DNA of 64,000 nt from Gemmatimonadota bacterium (GCA_965116475.1 OZ220691.1:3264001-3328000); one strand, 5' to 3'; positions 1-10,403 are shown, counted from the first letter of the stretch. Numbers and translations: made by a program. Notes: generated from the letters alone by a model not told the origin.

Positions 1-2
1 CC

Positions 3-1076
3 CCCGACGGAAGCGGGATCTATTTCCAGTACGACGACGAGGGGAACTCGAAGGTCGGCTTCGCCACGCTCGCCGGCGACCTCGAAGTGCTGGCGGAGGA
101 TCTGGGGGGCACATCCTACGGGCGTCCCTATGGGGGCGGCTCCTTCAGCGTCGCCGATGACGGGAGCTTTGCGCTCAACCAGACCCGTCCCGAGGCCCCG
201 GGCGAGGTCGCGGTGGGTGCGAGGGGTCGCGGCGTGCGCCGCATCACCTCGCTGAACGAGGACCTGCTCGCCAACCGACAACTCGGCGAGGTGGAGGAGC
301 TCTGGTGGGACTCGTCCTTCGACGGGCGTCCCATCCAGGGGTGGATCGTGAAGCCGCCCGACTTCGATCCGACCCGGCGCTACCCCCTGATCCTCGAAAT
401 CCACGGCGGACCCGTCTCCAACTACGGAGACCGCTTCTCCGCCGAAATGCAGCTGCTCGCCGCCGCCGGCTACGTCGTCCTCTACGCGAACCCGCGCGGG
501 AGCACGAGCTATGGCGAGGAGTTCGCGGACCTCCTGTATCATAACTATCCGGGGCAGGACTACGACGATCTCATGTCCGGCGTCGATGCCGTCATCGACC
601 GAGGGTACATCGACGAGGACAACCTGTTCGTCACCGGGGGGAGCGCCGGCGGCATCATGACGGCCTGGATCGTCGGCAAGACGGACCGCTTCCGGGCCGC
701 CGTCGCCCAGAAGCCCGTCGTCAACTGGATCAGCAAGACGCTCACGGCGGACAACTGGTACGGCTACTACCACAGCCGCTACGAGGGCCTGCCGTGGGAG
801 AACCCGGACGCGTACTGGGAGTTCTCTCCCATCTCCCTCGTGGGAAACGTGAACACGCCCACCATGATCATCACCGGGGAGGAGGACCTGCGGACGCCGC
901 TGTCGGAGTCGTACCAGATGTTCCATGCGCTCAAGCTGCGCGGGATCGACACGGCCGTGATCCGGCTGCCGGGCGCCTCGCACGACATGAGCCGCCGCCC
1001 GAGCCAGCTCATGGCCAAGATCGCGAACATCGTCGCCTGGTTCGACAAGTACCGCACGGTGGCTGCGACGAGCTGA
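3..1076 (+). CDS. S9 family (prolyl oligopeptidase/acylaminoacyl-type) peptidase, 5' end outside window
   Basis: IHGGP, NPRGS.SYG, nucleophile GGSAGG, Asp in EEDLRTP, His in GASHD. The frame is open back to base 3. Confidence 0.93.
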   Translation, partial: PDGSGIYFQYDDEGNSKVGFATLAGDLEVLAEDLGGTSYGRPYGGGSFSVADDGSFALNQTRPEAPGEVAVGARGRGVRRITSLNEDLLANRQLGEVEELWWDSSFDGRPIQGWIVKPPDFDPTRRYPLILEIHGGPVSNYGDRFSAEMQLLAAAGYVVLYANPRGSTSYGEEFADLLYHNYPGQDYDDLMSGVDAVIDRGYIDEDNLFVTGGSAGGIMTAWIVGKTDRFRAAVAQKPVVNWISKTLTADNWYGYYHSRYEGLPWENPDAYWEFSPISLVGNVNTPTMIITGEEDLRTPLSESYQMFHALKLRGIDTAVIRLPGASHDMSRRPSQLMAKIANIVAWFDKYRTVAATS

Positions 1077-1121
1077 CCCACTCGACCTTCACCTGATCCC
1101 TCGACGCCGGGAGACGCACCC

Positions 1122-2351
1122 ATGACCGATTCCGGTCGGCCGCTGGCGGGCGTGCGCGTGGTTGCGCTCGAACAATACATGTCCGCCCCCTACTGCTCGC
1201 TGCTGCTCGCGGACGCGGGCGCCGAGGTCATCAAGATCGAGCGCCCGGGCGTCGGAGATCCGCGCCGGTCCATCCCTCCCTTCGTGGAGAGGAACGGCGT
1301 CCGCATGGGCGTCGGGTTCATGGCCTACAACCGAAACAAGAAGTCCCTCGCGCTCAACCTGAAGAGCGATGAGGGGCGCGACCTCTACCGGTCCCTCGTC
1401 TCGAAGTCCGATGTCGTGGTGGAGAACCTGCGGCCGGGGTCCGTCGACCGGATGGGTCTCGGCTACAAGACGCTGGCCGAGCTGAACCCGGGGCTCGTGT
1501 ACGCCGCCGTGTCGGGGTTCGGGCGGCTGCCCGGGCGTGAGGGTCCGTACGGCGACTGGCCCTCGTTCGACGTCGTGGCGGAGGCGATGGGGGGCGTCAT
1601 GCACATGATCGGCTTCGCCGACAAGCCGCCCTCGCCCTCCATCTACGGGATGCCGGACCTCTACGCGGGGATGGCCGCGGCGCACGGCGTCTCGATGGCG
1701 CTCTACCGGCGCACCGTGACGGGAAAGGGCCAGTTCATCGACTCCGCCATGTACGACGGCGTGCTGTCGCTGAACGAGCGCATGGTCTCGCTCGCCGCCA
1801 ACACGGGGGCGCGGCCGAGGCGGGGCGATCCGCCCGGCTTCTATCCGCGCGGGCCGATGCCGGTGAGCGACGGCTACGTTGCCTTCACGATCCCGGATGA
1901 CATCATGTGGCGCCGCTTCTGCCGCATGCTGGGACGCCCCGATCTGCTGGAGGATCCGCGCCTGGAGTCCCCCGACGCGCGCACCGAGAACCGCGCGCTC
2001 CTCGACGAGGTCGTCCGGCCCGTGTTCGCCGACCTGACCCGCGATGAGGCGGTGCGCCGGCTCCAGGAGGTGGGGGTCCCCGCCGGGCCGGTGCAGACGT
2101 CCGACGACCTGCTGGAGTGTCCGCAACTCGAGGCGCGCAACGTGCGGGTCACCGTGGACTACGAGGGGCTGGGTCCGCTCCAGTTCGTCCGCACCCCCCT
2201 CCTCACCTCCGACGCCCCCGACGTGCCCGTGAACCCGGCCCCCACCCTGGGCCGCGACACCCGGCAGATCCTCACCGAAATCCTCGACCTCTCCGGCGCC
2301 GAGGTCTCCCGCCTGGCGGAGGCGGCCGTGATCGGGACGGGAGCGGAGTAG
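1122..2351 (+). CDS. CaiB/BaiF family class III CoA transferase
   Basis: PLAGVRVV...LADAGAEVIKIERPG.GD, NRNKKSLALNLK, DVVVENLRPG, SGFG, APTLG. Confidence 0.93.
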   Translation: MTDSGRPLAGVRVVALEQYMSAPYCSLLLADAGAEVIKIERPGVGDPRRSIPPFVERNGVRMGVGFMAYNRNKKSLALNLKSDEGRDLYRSLVSKSDVVVENLRPGSVDRMGLGYKTLAELNPGLVYAAVSGFGRLPGREGPYGDWPSFDVVAEAMGGVMHMIGFADKPPSPSIYGMPDLYAGMAAAHGVSMALYRRTVTGKGQFIDSAMYDGVLSLNERMVSLAANTGARPRRGDPPGFYPRGPMPVSDGYVAFTIPDDIMWRRFCRMLGRPDLLEDPRLESPDARTENRALLDEVVRPVFADLTRDEAVRRLQEVGVPAGPVQTSDDLLECPQLEARNVRVTVDYEGLGPLQFVRTPLLTSDAPDVPVNPAPTLGRDTRQILTEILDLSGAEVSRLAEAAVIGTGAE

Positions 2352-2395
2352 CCGAACAGGCGCCGGAGGCGCGCCGCCTCGATCCCGGCCCGGGG

Positions 2396-3576
2396 TCAGC
2401 GCCTGATGATCTCCATCACGCGGCCCTCCCGATCGACGATCCTGAGCGGAGGCGGGGGTCCGTCGAGTTCGCCATCATAGAGTGTGACGCGCCCCCTCTG
2501 CATGGCCACGGCCGCCCCGGCCATCCACGGCTCGTACGGGTCTGCCGCGGTCACGTCCACGCTGTAGCCGAGGTCGGCCGGCGGTTGCCGACCAACGTCA
2601 AGCTTCGCAGCTCCGTCAGGCCACCGAACGCCTCCGCATCGATCCTCGACAGCCGTGCATTGTACGATGCCTGAAGGTGCTGCAGGCCCACCGGGCCCGA
2701 GAAGGCAGCGCTCCGAAGTTCGGTCACCTGCGTGTTGAACATTTCCAGAGTCAGAAGGCTGGACAGGTCGGCGAAGACTCCCTCCGGCAGGTCCGCGAGC
2801 AACGTGTTCGACAGATCGAGTCGGCGGAGCCCGGCGAGGCCATCGAAATCGTCGCGCCGGAGCGCCGCGATCGTCCTTCTCCCGTCGACGTTCAGGCTCA
2901 GTTCCTCGATCTGGCTCAGAAGGTCGCTCGTTGCGGACCCGCAGTGTGCGCCCGGCGCCATGTCGGCGAGGAGCTGCACGATCGCATCACGCACCTGGGG
3001 CGTCCGGTCGCAGACGCCCTCTTCGATCATCACTGTGGCACGAACCTCGGATCCCAGCCGGTATTCGCCGCCGGTCGAGGCGTCGAGCCTCAGGACCAGC
3101 ACCTCGCGGGGTGGCTCGATCTGATCGTCGTCCACGATCGTGATGTGGATCTCGGCCGTGGTCGCCCCGGCCGCGATCGTCACCGTTCCCCCTGCCGGGT
3201 CGTCGTAGTCGGCTGCGTCGGCATCGCTCGTCCCGTCGTCATCGTCCGCCACGAGCGAGTAGGTGGCCAGCAACGGACTTTCGGGCGGCGAACTTACCGA
3301 TATCGCGACTATCGCAACCTCGCCCTCCGCGGCCGCCACCGACAAGGTCGTGATCGACACGCTGGGAGCCGCGGCCGCCACCTCGACGGTGAAGCTCTGC
3401 GACGCCGACAGACCGCCCGGATCCGTCGCCCTCACGGTCACCGACGCAGTGCCTGCAGAGACACCCGTGACCGTAAGCTCGCGCCCCGTCAGCGCGACGT
3501 TCAGGACCGCTTCGCTGGAGGTCGTGGCCGCGTGGGTGAGGGGGTCACCATCGGGGTCGGTGAACGCGTTCGACAC
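2396..3576 (-). pseudogene. Remnant of an Ig-like/Calx-beta/LRR surface protein; internal deletion joins it out of frame to an orphan C-terminal tail
   Basis: ORF 2551-3576 has FTDPDGDPLT..VTVRATDPGGL, a Calx-beta-like domain, CDRTPQVRDAI and LRRs. It has no signal peptide and an in-frame stop lies just upstream. A second frame (2578->2396) reads ADLGYSVDVTAADPYE...LRIVDREGRVMEIIRR*. Confidence 0.65.
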
Positions 3577-3846
3577 GTCCAGAGTGAGTTCCTGCGCGCC
3601 GCCAGAAACACGACGGCACGCGTTGACTCGCTTCGCAGCATGAGGCTCTCCGCAAACGGACCGCAGTCCGGATCTTCAGGTGACACGAATCTGACCCCAT
3701 TAACTGGCGATACTTCCGCCTCGGGCGCACCGACAGCGTTACAGAAAAAATGTCGTGGATCGCCCAGCAATCGTTACGATCCGTGCACTCGCACTTCTTG
3801 TTACTCCTGGGACTATCGGGTCTCGCTGTCGGTGGGCTGACGGATC

Positions 3847-5097
3847 TCAGGCCGTGACACGGAGAGGGAGCGCGGCCAGCCCTCGGATCACCGTCGATGT
3901 CCGGTAGCGCGGGGCGCTCACGGCGAGTTCTATCGTGCCGAGCGCGCGCAGCGCCTCGGTGAAGACCGCGCTTGCCTCCATGCGCGCCAACTCCGCGCCG
4001 ATGCACTGGTGGACCCCGTGTCCGAACGATGCGTGCCCGGGGCCCGTTCGCGTGATGTCGAAGGTGTCGGGATTCTCGAACGCGGTCCCGTCCCGGTTGG
4101 CCGATCCCGTGAGCAGGATCACGCCATCGCCGGTCTCGATCGTGCGTCCCCGCACCACGACATTCGCCTTTGCGATCCGGAAGTCCGTCTGCACAGGGCT
4201 GTCGAATCGCAGCATCTCGTCGATCGCGGCGCGTACCTGCTCCGGCTCTTCGCGCAGGCGTTGCATCTGCCCGGGGTTGCGCACGAGCGCGAGCATGCCG
4301 TTGCCGATGAGGTGGGTCGTGGTTTCGTTGCCGGCGATCATCAGTACGCTCAGCATGTCGGCGGCTTCAGCCATGCTGATCCCCTCGCCTGCGGCGGCCA
4401 GCCTGCCCAGCGTGCTGACCGCATCGTTCTCCTCCGATTGCCTCCGTTCACGCAGCAAGTCCGTGAAGTAGCGCCGGATCTCGGAGCCCGCGATGTGCGC
4501 GGCCCTGCGTTCGCGGCGTGTCGCGATCATCTCGAGAAGCCGGGCGCGCCGCCGCGACCATACCTCCCACCGGCGGTATTCGTTCTCGGGGAGGCCCATC
4601 ATGGCCAGCATCACCCGCATGGCGAGCGGCTCCGCCACCTCGGCGATCCAATCGATCGTCCGCCGTCGCGCCGCCCGCTCGACGATCTCGGCCGCGGTGC
4701 GCGCGATGGTCTCGCTCAGTGCCTGCAAGCGTGCTCTCGTGAACGCTCTCGCTGCGCATCTCCGCAGCCGCCTGTGTTCGGGCGGGTCCACGAGCAGGAT
4801 GCTGTAGTCGTCCGGGGCCGGCGGGAGCACGCTTCGGGTCGCTTCGCGCCACCTCGGATCGTTGGAGAAGCGTTCGTGGTCGCTGGCCGCGGCGAGCACA
4901 TCCTCGTAGCGCGTCAGCACCCAGCTGCCCAGAATCGCGCTTTGATGCACCGGACTGCGGCGGCGCAACCGCGCATAGGTCGCGTAGGGATTCTGGATGA
5001 CGCTCCGCGACAGGGGGTTATAGGTGGCACCGCTCCTCGCCACCTCTCCGACGCTGACCGCGCATGCGCCCAGGCGACGCCATCGCTGCCGGTTCAT
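3847..5097 (-). CDS. Cytochrome P450
   Basis: I-helix AGNETT, ExxR (EMLR), haem motif FGHGVHQCIG, DPPEH. Start placed at ATG 5097 because the upstream extension runs into a gene remnant. Confidence 0.93.
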   Translation of the reverse strand: MNRQRWRRLGACAVSVGEVARSGATYNPLSRSVIQNPYATYARLRRRSPVHQSAILGSWVLTRYEDVLAAASDHERFSNDPRWREATRSVLPPAPDDYSILLVDPPEHRRLRRCAARAFTRARLQALSETIARTAAEIVERAARRRTIDWIAEVAEPLAMRVMLAMMGLPENEYRRWEVWSRRRARLLEMIATRRERRAAHIAGSEIRRYFTDLLRERRQSEENDAVSTLGRLAAAGEGISMAEAADMLSVLMIAGNETTTHLIGNGMLALVRNPGQMQRLREEPEQVRAAIDEMLRFDSPVQTDFRIAKANVVVRGRTIETGDGVILLTGSANRDGTAFENPDTFDITRTGPGHASFGHGVHQCIGAELARMEASAVFTEALRALGTIELAVSAPRYRTSTVIRGLAALPLRVTA

Positions 5098-5287
5098 GGG
5101 CGAAACGGCTTCGCGAACGGCTCGTTGAGCCGTGTGGCCCCTCCTGCTTTCTTCACGCGGACAGCCGACCCCTTTGGAGGAACTCAACCGGTGCCTGGCC
5201 TGCAACCTAACCTCTTCGCCCGTTGAGGAGGTGCGTGCCCGAGCACGGCGGCGCTGACGGCCGCCCTTTGGCGTAGGCCCCTGAAGC

Positions 5288-5456
5288 GTCGTCAGTTCGA
5301 GGTGGCCACGGCCCGGTACTCGGCCGTGTCTCCGAGCCGGTAGTCCTCTCCGGTGACCTGGAGGACGCGGACCCGATTCGAGCGGGCCGGCCACGACGAT
5401 CCGGTGCCGCCCCGAGGCCGCGGAATGATGGAGTTCGAGACCGGCGGAAGCCTCGG
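5288..5456 (-). pseudogene. 3'-terminal remnant paralogous to the end of the giant surface protein gene (21591-21810)
   Basis: Translates GLELHHSAASGRHRIVVAGPLESGP / RVLQVTGEDYRLGDTAEYRAVATSN*, versus GLELYHSAASGKHRIVVAGPLEDGP...RVLQVTGEDYQLGDTAGYRAVAASN* in the intact copy. Carries a 53-bp internal deletion. Confidence 0.85.
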
Positions 5457-5463
5457 CCCATCG

Positions 5464-6849
5464 CTACCGGATCAGGTGCAGTTCGGTCTGACGCCGGAGC
5501 ATCCAGCGGATCTCGCCATCGAGCGTGATCTCCGCCTCCTCCTCCTGAGCCATGCGGACGGGCTGCCCATCCCACTCGGGCACGGGGGTCGTGACCTGGA
5601 GTTCGGTCGAGAACCACATGCCCGGGATCACCGGGGGATCGCCGCGGCCGGGCACGCCGGTCTGGTAGTCCCACAGTCCGATGAGCGGTCCCGCGCCGTG
5701 GCCGTGGTCGCCGATCGGGTGCGTGTACATCGTCCCGTTGAGTCCCTCGGCCCTCATCTTCTCCAGCACCGAGGCCAGGATCTCGTTTCCGGTGCGGCCG
5801 ACCTTCGTCTCCTCGAGCAGGATGTCCTGGAGGCGGTTCGAGTTGGCGAGCGCCTGCCTGAGTCCGGCGGGCGCTTCCGTCTCGCCTTCCCGCAGGACGT
5901 AGGCCATGTGCTGCGTGTCCGTCGCGAGTCCGAACGCGACGAGCCCGAAGTCGCAGTGGAGGACGTCGCCCCGCTCGATCACCGGCGCCGTCACGCCGCT
6001 CATGTCCGCGCCGCGCCGCTGCACCGAGACCGAGGGCTGGAACCAGGAGTCGAGGCCCAGATCGTGCACGCGCTGGCGCATCCACCACACGACATCGGCG
6101 GTCGTGGTCCGGCCGGGGACGATGACGACCTCCGAGAAGGCGGTGCCGATGATCTCGTGCACGACCGCCTGTACCCGGCGGTAGACGGGCGTCATGGCGG
6201 GCACCCGCATCGCGAGGTATTCGATCGCCAGCAGCGGTTCGCGGACCACGCGGCTCGCGAGATCGGCGCCGAGGGCGGCCTCCATCTGCTCCCACTCACC
6301 GGCCGAAAGCCCGTCGGCGAAGTTGTGGTCGTGCGAGATGTTGACGGCGATCCGCCCGGGGTCGCGCTCCCGCACCATGTCGGCGAAGAGGTCCCACTGG
6401 TCGGAGCCCCAGAGTTCCGCCTGCCGCCCGTCCGGCGCCGTGGCCGTGGCGCGCACGGCCTCGTACACACCTCCCTGTGAACTTCCGCCCAGCGCCAGGC
6501 GTTCCACGCCATGTTCCGGCCCCCGGTCGTGGAAGATGTAGATGGTCCGCCGCCGCGCCGCGAAGGTGGTCGGCGAGACGAGAGCCCGGAAGACGGGATC
6601 CTCGTTGTACTCCCGCATGGCCACGACCCACATGTCCACGCCGTGCTTCCGCATCAGCATGGGCAGGTTCGTCTCGAGCCGCTCCGCCAGCCACGCCTGC
6701 TGCGTCCGCGCCTGCTCCCGAAGCGTCCCGAACGGCCGCTCCGGCCGGTAGTCCCGTGCCTGCGCCTCCAGCCCCGCTGCGCCCACCGAGAACTGGACCG
6801 CCCCGGCGAGACACAGCGCGGCGGCCGCAAGGATCGTGATCTTCTTCAT
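5464..6849 (-). CDS. Secreted M24 family metallopeptidase (Xaa-Pro aminopeptidase-like)
   Basis: Signal peptide; HCDFG..ATDTQ, HPIGDHGH, STE, EE metal-ligand pattern. Confidence 0.85.
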   Translation of the reverse strand: MKKITILAAAALCLAGAVQFSVGAAGLEAQARDYRPERPFGTLREQARTQQAWLAERLETNLPMLMRKHGVDMWVVAMREYNEDPVFRALVSPTTFAARRRTIYIFHDRGPEHGVERLALGGSSQGGVYEAVRATATAPDGRQAELWGSDQWDLFADMVRERDPGRIAVNISHDHNFADGLSAGEWEQMEAALGADLASRVVREPLLAIEYLAMRVPAMTPVYRRVQAVVHEIIGTAFSEVVIVPGRTTTADVVWWMRQRVHDLGLDSWFQPSVSVQRRGADMSGVTAPVIERGDVLHCDFGLVAFGLATDTQHMAYVLREGETEAPAGLRQALANSNRLQDILLEETKVGRTGNEILASVLEKMRAEGLNGTMYTHPIGDHGHGAGPLIGLWDYQTGVPGRGDPPVIPGMWFSTELQVTTPVPEWDGQPVRMAQEEEAEITLDGEIRWMLRRQTELHLIR

Positions 6850-7001
6850 CTCCTGACCTCCATCAATGTTCGGCGTCGCCCCATCCTCGGTCGCGGATCA
6901 CGTCCGTTCAAGCGACCACAGATCTCTTTCTTCCGGAAAGACCTCCCGTATAGTCTTCGAGACCACGTTACGTCAGGCTCCCGCAAGCAGGGGAGGGACA
7001 C

Positions 7002-8435
7002 ATGATCCGGAAGCTCGCGAGCTTCGTGACACCGGTGGCGCTGGGATTCGCGATCGTGGCCGCCGCGGACCCCGATACCGCCGCGGGGCAATCGCTGGCG
7101 GTTGTGGGCGCGACGATCATCGATCCCCTTGCGGATGCGCCGCTCGCCGATGGGGTCGTGCTCATGACGGAGGGGCGGATCGTGGCGGTGGGGCCGGCGG
7201 GGGCCGTGGACGTTCCCGCGGGAACGTCCGTCATCGACGCGCGGGGGAAGTACGTCATCCCCGGGCTGATGGATGCGAACCTCCATCTCTACCTGAACCT
7301 CGATCTCGAGACCCTCATCAAGTACGAGGGCCGCTACCACGAGATCGTGCTCGAGGCGGCGCAGCTCACACTCAAGACGGGCCAGACGACGGTCTTCGAC
7401 ACGTGGGGACCGCTGGCCTCGCTGGCGAAGGCGCGCGACATGATCAATGCCGGAGAGGCGCCCGGGAGCCGGATCTACTTCGCCGGCAACATCATCGGTT
7501 TCGACGGTCCGCTCTCCCGGGACTTCCGCGGCGAGGCGGCGGCCCATGTGAGCAGGGCCTTCGTCAACCGGACGAACGAGGCGTGGGAGCGGGGGACGGG
7601 CCGCGGCCTCATGTGGATGACCCCGGATTCCGTGCGCTCGGCGATCCGCGAGTACACGGGGACGGGGGTCGACTTCCTCAAGTACGGGTCGAGCAGCCAC
7701 GTGGAGATGTACTTCATCTCCTTCTCCGAGCGCGTGCAGCGCGTGATCGTGGAAGAGGGACACCGGGCGGGCATGACGGTCCAGACGCACACGACCTCCG
7801 TCGAGAGCCTCGACATGGCGATCGAGGCGGGCGTCGACATCATCACCCACGGCGACATCTCCGGCCCCCTCGTCCCGATCCCGATGGAGACGATGCGAAA
7901 GCTCGTGGAGCGGGACATCGCCGTTTCCGTGCTGCCGATCACGCAGCGGCGGCTGGAGGCGCTGCGGGAGCACAACCCGGACGGGACGCTCACGCCCTAC
8001 ATGGTCGTCGGTCGCGAGAACCAGGCGCGCATGATCGAAGCCGGCGTTTCGATGCTGCTCTCGACGGACGCCGGGATCAAGCATCCGGTGCTGCTCGCGG
8101 AGTCCTCGACCATCGCCTCGGACACGGTGGACCAGCGCACGAAGCTGGGTGAGGGCCACTTCAACGCGCTCGCCGCGCTGGAGGAACTGGGGATGGCCCC
8201 GATGGAGATCCTGCGCTCCGCCACGAGCCACATCGCGCGCGCCTACGAACTCGACGCCGAGATCGGCTCGCTGCAGCCGGGGATGATCGCGGATCTCGTC
8301 ATCCTCCACGCCAACCCGCTGGAGGCGGCCCGCAACTACCGGTCGATCCACGCCGTGATCAAGGATGGCCGTCGCGTGGACATCGACGCGCTCCCGGTGG
8401 CGCCCATCATCAGCGTCCTGAAACCGGAAGGCTGA
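7002..8435 (+). CDS. Secreted amidohydrolase-superfamily protein
   Basis: Signal peptide; IDARGKYVIPGLMDANLH, STDAG, IGSLQPGMIADLVIL..NPL. Confidence 0.88.
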   Translation: MIRKLASFVTPVALGFAIVAAADPDTAAGQSLAVVGATIIDPLADAPLADGVVLMTEGRIVAVGPAGAVDVPAGTSVIDARGKYVIPGLMDANLHLYLNLDLETLIKYEGRYHEIVLEAAQLTLKTGQTTVFDTWGPLASLAKARDMINAGEAPGSRIYFAGNIIGFDGPLSRDFRGEAAAHVSRAFVNRTNEAWERGTGRGLMWMTPDSVRSAIREYTGTGVDFLKYGSSSHVEMYFISFSERVQRVIVEEGHRAGMTVQTHTTSVESLDMAIEAGVDIITHGDISGPLVPIPMETMRKLVERDIAVSVLPITQRRLEALREHNPDGTLTPYMVVGRENQARMIEAGVSMLLSTDAGIKHPVLLAESSTIASDTVDQRTKLGEGHFNALAALEELGMAPMEILRSATSHIARAYELDAEIGSLQPGMIADLVILHANPLEAARNYRSIHAVIKDGRRVDIDALPVAPIISVLKPEG

Positions 8436-9458
8436 TCAGCGGCTTGATCCTCCCGGGCGAGCCAGAAGGTGGGCGGCGATGAGGGCGCCGTGTTCGCGGC
8501 CGTTCTCGATGAAGATCCTGTTCGCGTTGAAGCCGGCGGCGATCACGCCCGCGATGTAGACGTCCGGCACCGTCGTCTCCATGGTCGCCGGGTCGTGCGC
8601 GGGAATCCCCGTCTCGGGATCCGTGGGGACGCCCAGGCTGGTGAGCAGGGCGGCGTCCGGCCGCCAGCCCGTCATCGCCAGCACCCAGTTGTTGGCGACC
8701 TCAATCTCTGCGCCTGATTCCTCATGGACGACCGTGGCCGTGCCCTGTCCGAGCCGGGCGACCCGGGAGTGCCAGTGCATCGGGATCTCCCCGCCCGCGA
8801 TCCGGTTTTCGATGTCCGGGCGCACCCATGGCTTGACGCCCCGGTCCAGGGTGTCGGCGAAGTGGACCATCCGCACACGGACGCCGTTTCGGTACATGTC
8901 CAGCGCCGCCTCGACGGCGGAGTTCCCCCCGCCCACGACGATGACGTCCTGGTCGAAGAAGGGATACGGTTCCCTGTAGTAGTGGACGACGCGGTCGTGC
9001 GGGCCGTCTCCCTCGAACTCCAGCCGGTTCGGCGCTCCGAAGCCTCCGGTGGCGATGACCACCGCCCGCGAGGCGATCCGCCGCTCGCGTCCGTCGCGTG
9101 TTCGGGTGTCGAGCGTGAAGGCGCCCGCCTCCCGGTGGATGGCCGTGACCTCCTCGTACTGGCGGACGTCGATGCCGTGGTGCGAGACGACCCGCCGGTA
9201 GTAGGCGAGCGCGTCGCGCCGGGTGGGCTTCGGCTCGGGAATCGTGAACGGCACGCCGCCGATCTCCAGCAACTCCGCCGTGGAGAAGAAGGTCATGTAG
9301 GAGGGGTAGTGCGTCAGCGACTCGGTGATGCACCCGCGGTCGAGGATCGCGTAACTCAGCCCGCGTTCCTTCGCGGCCACCGCCACGGCGAGCCCGCATG
9401 GGCCGGCCCCGACGATGATCACGTCAAGCGGTTCGGTCTCGGCGATGGAATCCGGCAT
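8436..9458 (-). CDS. ypdA: YpdA-family FAD/NADPH-dependent putative bacillithiol disulfide reductase
   Basis: GAGPCG, YPSYMTFFST..LLEIGG, KPTRRDALAYY, GGGNSA, IFIENGREHG. Start at MPDSIAETEPLDV. Confidence 0.85.
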   Translation of the reverse strand: MPDSIAETEPLDVIIVGAGPCGLAVAVAAKERGLSYAILDRGCITESLTHYPSYMTFFSTAELLEIGGVPFTIPEPKPTRRDALAYYRRVVSHHGIDVRQYEEVTAIHREAGAFTLDTRTRDGRERRIASRAVVIATGGFGAPNRLEFEGDGPHDRVVHYYREPYPFFDQDVIVVGGGNSAVEAALDMYRNGVRVRMVHFADTLDRGVKPWVRPDIENRIAGGEIPMHWHSRVARLGQGTATVVHEESGAEIEVANNWVLAMTGWRPDAALLTSLGVPTDPETGIPAHDPATMETTVPDVYIAGVIAAGFNANRIFIENGREHGALIAAHLLARPGGSSR

Positions 9459-9620
9459 GTCCGCGTTGCCACCCGCGCTTCTCGGGAGAATTCGTGAGCG
9501 CGGGATGGTAATCGCTGAACCGGGAGCGGGGAACCGGGAGGGCGTCGCGCTGCTTGATCCTGCGTGTGGAGGTTGAGAAGTTGGTCGAGGTACCCGGGTC
9601 CGTTCTTCAGGAGGCAGGCG

Positions 9621-10403
9621 ATGAGCACGGTCGAGACCGCATTCGCTCCCATTCCGTCCCCGGCGGGGGAAGGCATCGACGAAGCCGCGATCCGGCAGGC
9701 GCGCATCGATTTCGCGGCGGTGCACCGGATCATCGTGCACGAGAACATGCACGAGGGCACCTGGAACCACTTCAGTTGCAAGGTGCCGGGGAGGCCCGGA
9801 CACCTGCTCATCACGCCCGGGCAGACGCACTTCTCGCGCGTGACGGCCAGCAACCTCGTCGAAGTGGGGCCGGACGGACGCCCGGCGGGCGGGGAAGGGC
9901 GGCTCAACGTCAGCGCGTGGGCAATTCACGCGCCCGTCCAGCGCGCGCGGCCCGACATCATGTGCGCGCTCCACATTCACGCCCCGTACAGCACGGCGCT
10001 CGCCTCCATCGACGGGTGGAGGCTGGACGAGCGGGGGAGTCAGAACGCGGCGGTGTTCTACGGGAACTGCGCGTACTTCGGGTACGAGGGGATCGTCACG
10101 GAGGCCGACGAGGGCGAGCGCATGGTCGAGGCGCTGGGCGACAAGCGCGTCCTCTTCCTCGCGAACCACGGGGTGCTGATCGTCGGCGACACGATCGAGA
10201 AGACGATGCTGTGGCTCTACCAGCTCGAGCGCGCCTGCATGAACGAGATGCTCGCGCTCCAGACGGGCCGCCCGATCCGCCCGATCCCGGTCGAGGCGGC
10301 GCAGCACAACGCCGACATGTCCGTCGAGTCGGCCGGCGAGGCGGGCTATCTCGAGGGCATGAAGGAAATGCTCGACGCCGAAGGCCAGGACTATGCGACA
10401 TGA
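9621..10403 (+). CDS. Class II aldolase/adducin family protein
   Basis: NHFS, LITP, AIHAP, HIHAPY, LANHGV, LERAC. Confidence 0.88.
   Translation: MSTVETAFAPIPSPAGEGIDEAAIRQARIDFAAVHRIIVHENMHEGTWNHFSCKVPGRPGHLLITPGQTHFSRVTASNLVEVGPDGRPAGGEGRLNVSAWAIHAPVQRARPDIMCALHIHAPYSTALASIDGWRLDERGSQNAAVFYGNCAYFGYEGIVTEADEGERMVEALGDKRVLFLANHGVLIVGDTIEKTMLWLYQLERACMNEMLALQTGRPIRPIPVEAAQHNADMSVESAGEAGYLEGMKEMLDAEGQDYAT

Noticed and set aside
3737..3804. Three GTTAC motifs in an AT-richer intergenic gap
   Set aside because: Irregular spacing (35 and 27 bp) and too short to distinguish from chance.
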